A DNA stretch of 64,000 nucleotides from Octopus bimaculoides (lineage: Eukaryota), in the NCBI RefSeq assembly GCF_001194135.2, contig NC_068989.1, positions 85,961,912 to 86,025,911 of the forward strand, given 5' to 3'. The first letter of the stretch is position 1; the number at the start of each line of letters is the position of its first letter. The notes below the pieces were generated by a model. That model saw nothing but the letters and a program-made list of their open reading frames with translations, was not told where the DNA came from and searched no databases. Below, in pieces: positions 63,213 to 64,000 of this stretch. Made by a program: the position numbers and the translations under genes.

Positions 63213-63658
63213 AAAGTACTGTTGCTGAATATCTCTCGTGAGATTTAATAGTAATTTTCTATAATGATTAGTTTAATAAATAATAGTCAATACCAGTCAT
63301 TAGACGTGGGAGAGGAGACTCCAACATGGAATATGTCACATTTATGCTTGGTGTGGGAGTTTTTCATTATTCCTGTATGTTAAACTGGAAAAGGTATCAT
63401 CATTAGTAGTATACATGCCACATCAGATATAAGAAGCATAATTAGATTTCAGTCTGTAGGGTACGCACACACACACTTAAGTGTAGTTTACAGGTTTAAA
63501 ACCATTGGACAGTGGCCATGCTGGGGCACTGCCTTCAAAGGTTTTAGTTGACCAGATTAATTCTAGTACATATTTCAATCTGATGCTTATTCTATCAATT
63601 TATTTGTAGAAATGCTAAGTTCTGAGACATAATGAGACATGACAAACAACAACAGATT

Positions 63659-63699
<41 letters not shown>

Positions 63700-64000
63700 A
63701 GGGCTGTACACCATATTCTGCTCACAAAGCATTTGGTTGACATGAGTCCACAGTAGAGGACACTGCACAAGTGGCTATGCAAGGGCGTCAAACCTGGAAT
63801 CAATTGGTTAATAGTTTGGTCTGGAGAGAAGAAGGAACCGTTGTTAGAATCCGCCCAGGTCCTCCGAAGACCAGTAAAATCAATGCAGGTGGTGGCGTCC
63901 TCTTAATTCCATGTTGACAGCTGTAGTAAAAACATGGTTAGGGGGTTCTGGGGGTGGTGGTGGTGGTGGTGGAATGGCTACACTGATTGATGTAGGGGTA

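Overview
Eukaryotic, AT-rich, microsatellite- and SINE-dense DNA with scaffold gaps. The repeat style looks cephalopod (Octopus-like); this is inferred, not searched. Main gene, minus strand: the 3' half of an ANKRD28/44/52-family gene (PP6 regulatory ankyrin-repeat subunit). I reconstructed 15 GT-AG exons from 45558 down to 14786; their phases join into one 489-aa frame ending SSDSEFY*. Its N-terminal half is not recognisable anywhere in 45.6-64 kb. A second, unidentified plus-strand gene with small exons ends at 8202, converging on it. Mobile elements include a decayed Helitron helicase (1-880), a broken Tc1 transposase (38818-39769), LINE fragments (one with a C2H2 finger relic), several SINE families and MITEs. 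The most unusual signal is three sequence-unrelated intronic foldback elements (16.8-17.1, 48.9-49.7, 49.8-50.0 kb). Each carries a minimal type-I hammerhead-ribozyme motif in both arms, pointing outward, as described for Penelope-like elements. Two minus-strand copies retain all core nucleotides. No prokaryotic systems, CRISPR arrays or rRNA/tRNA genes are supported.
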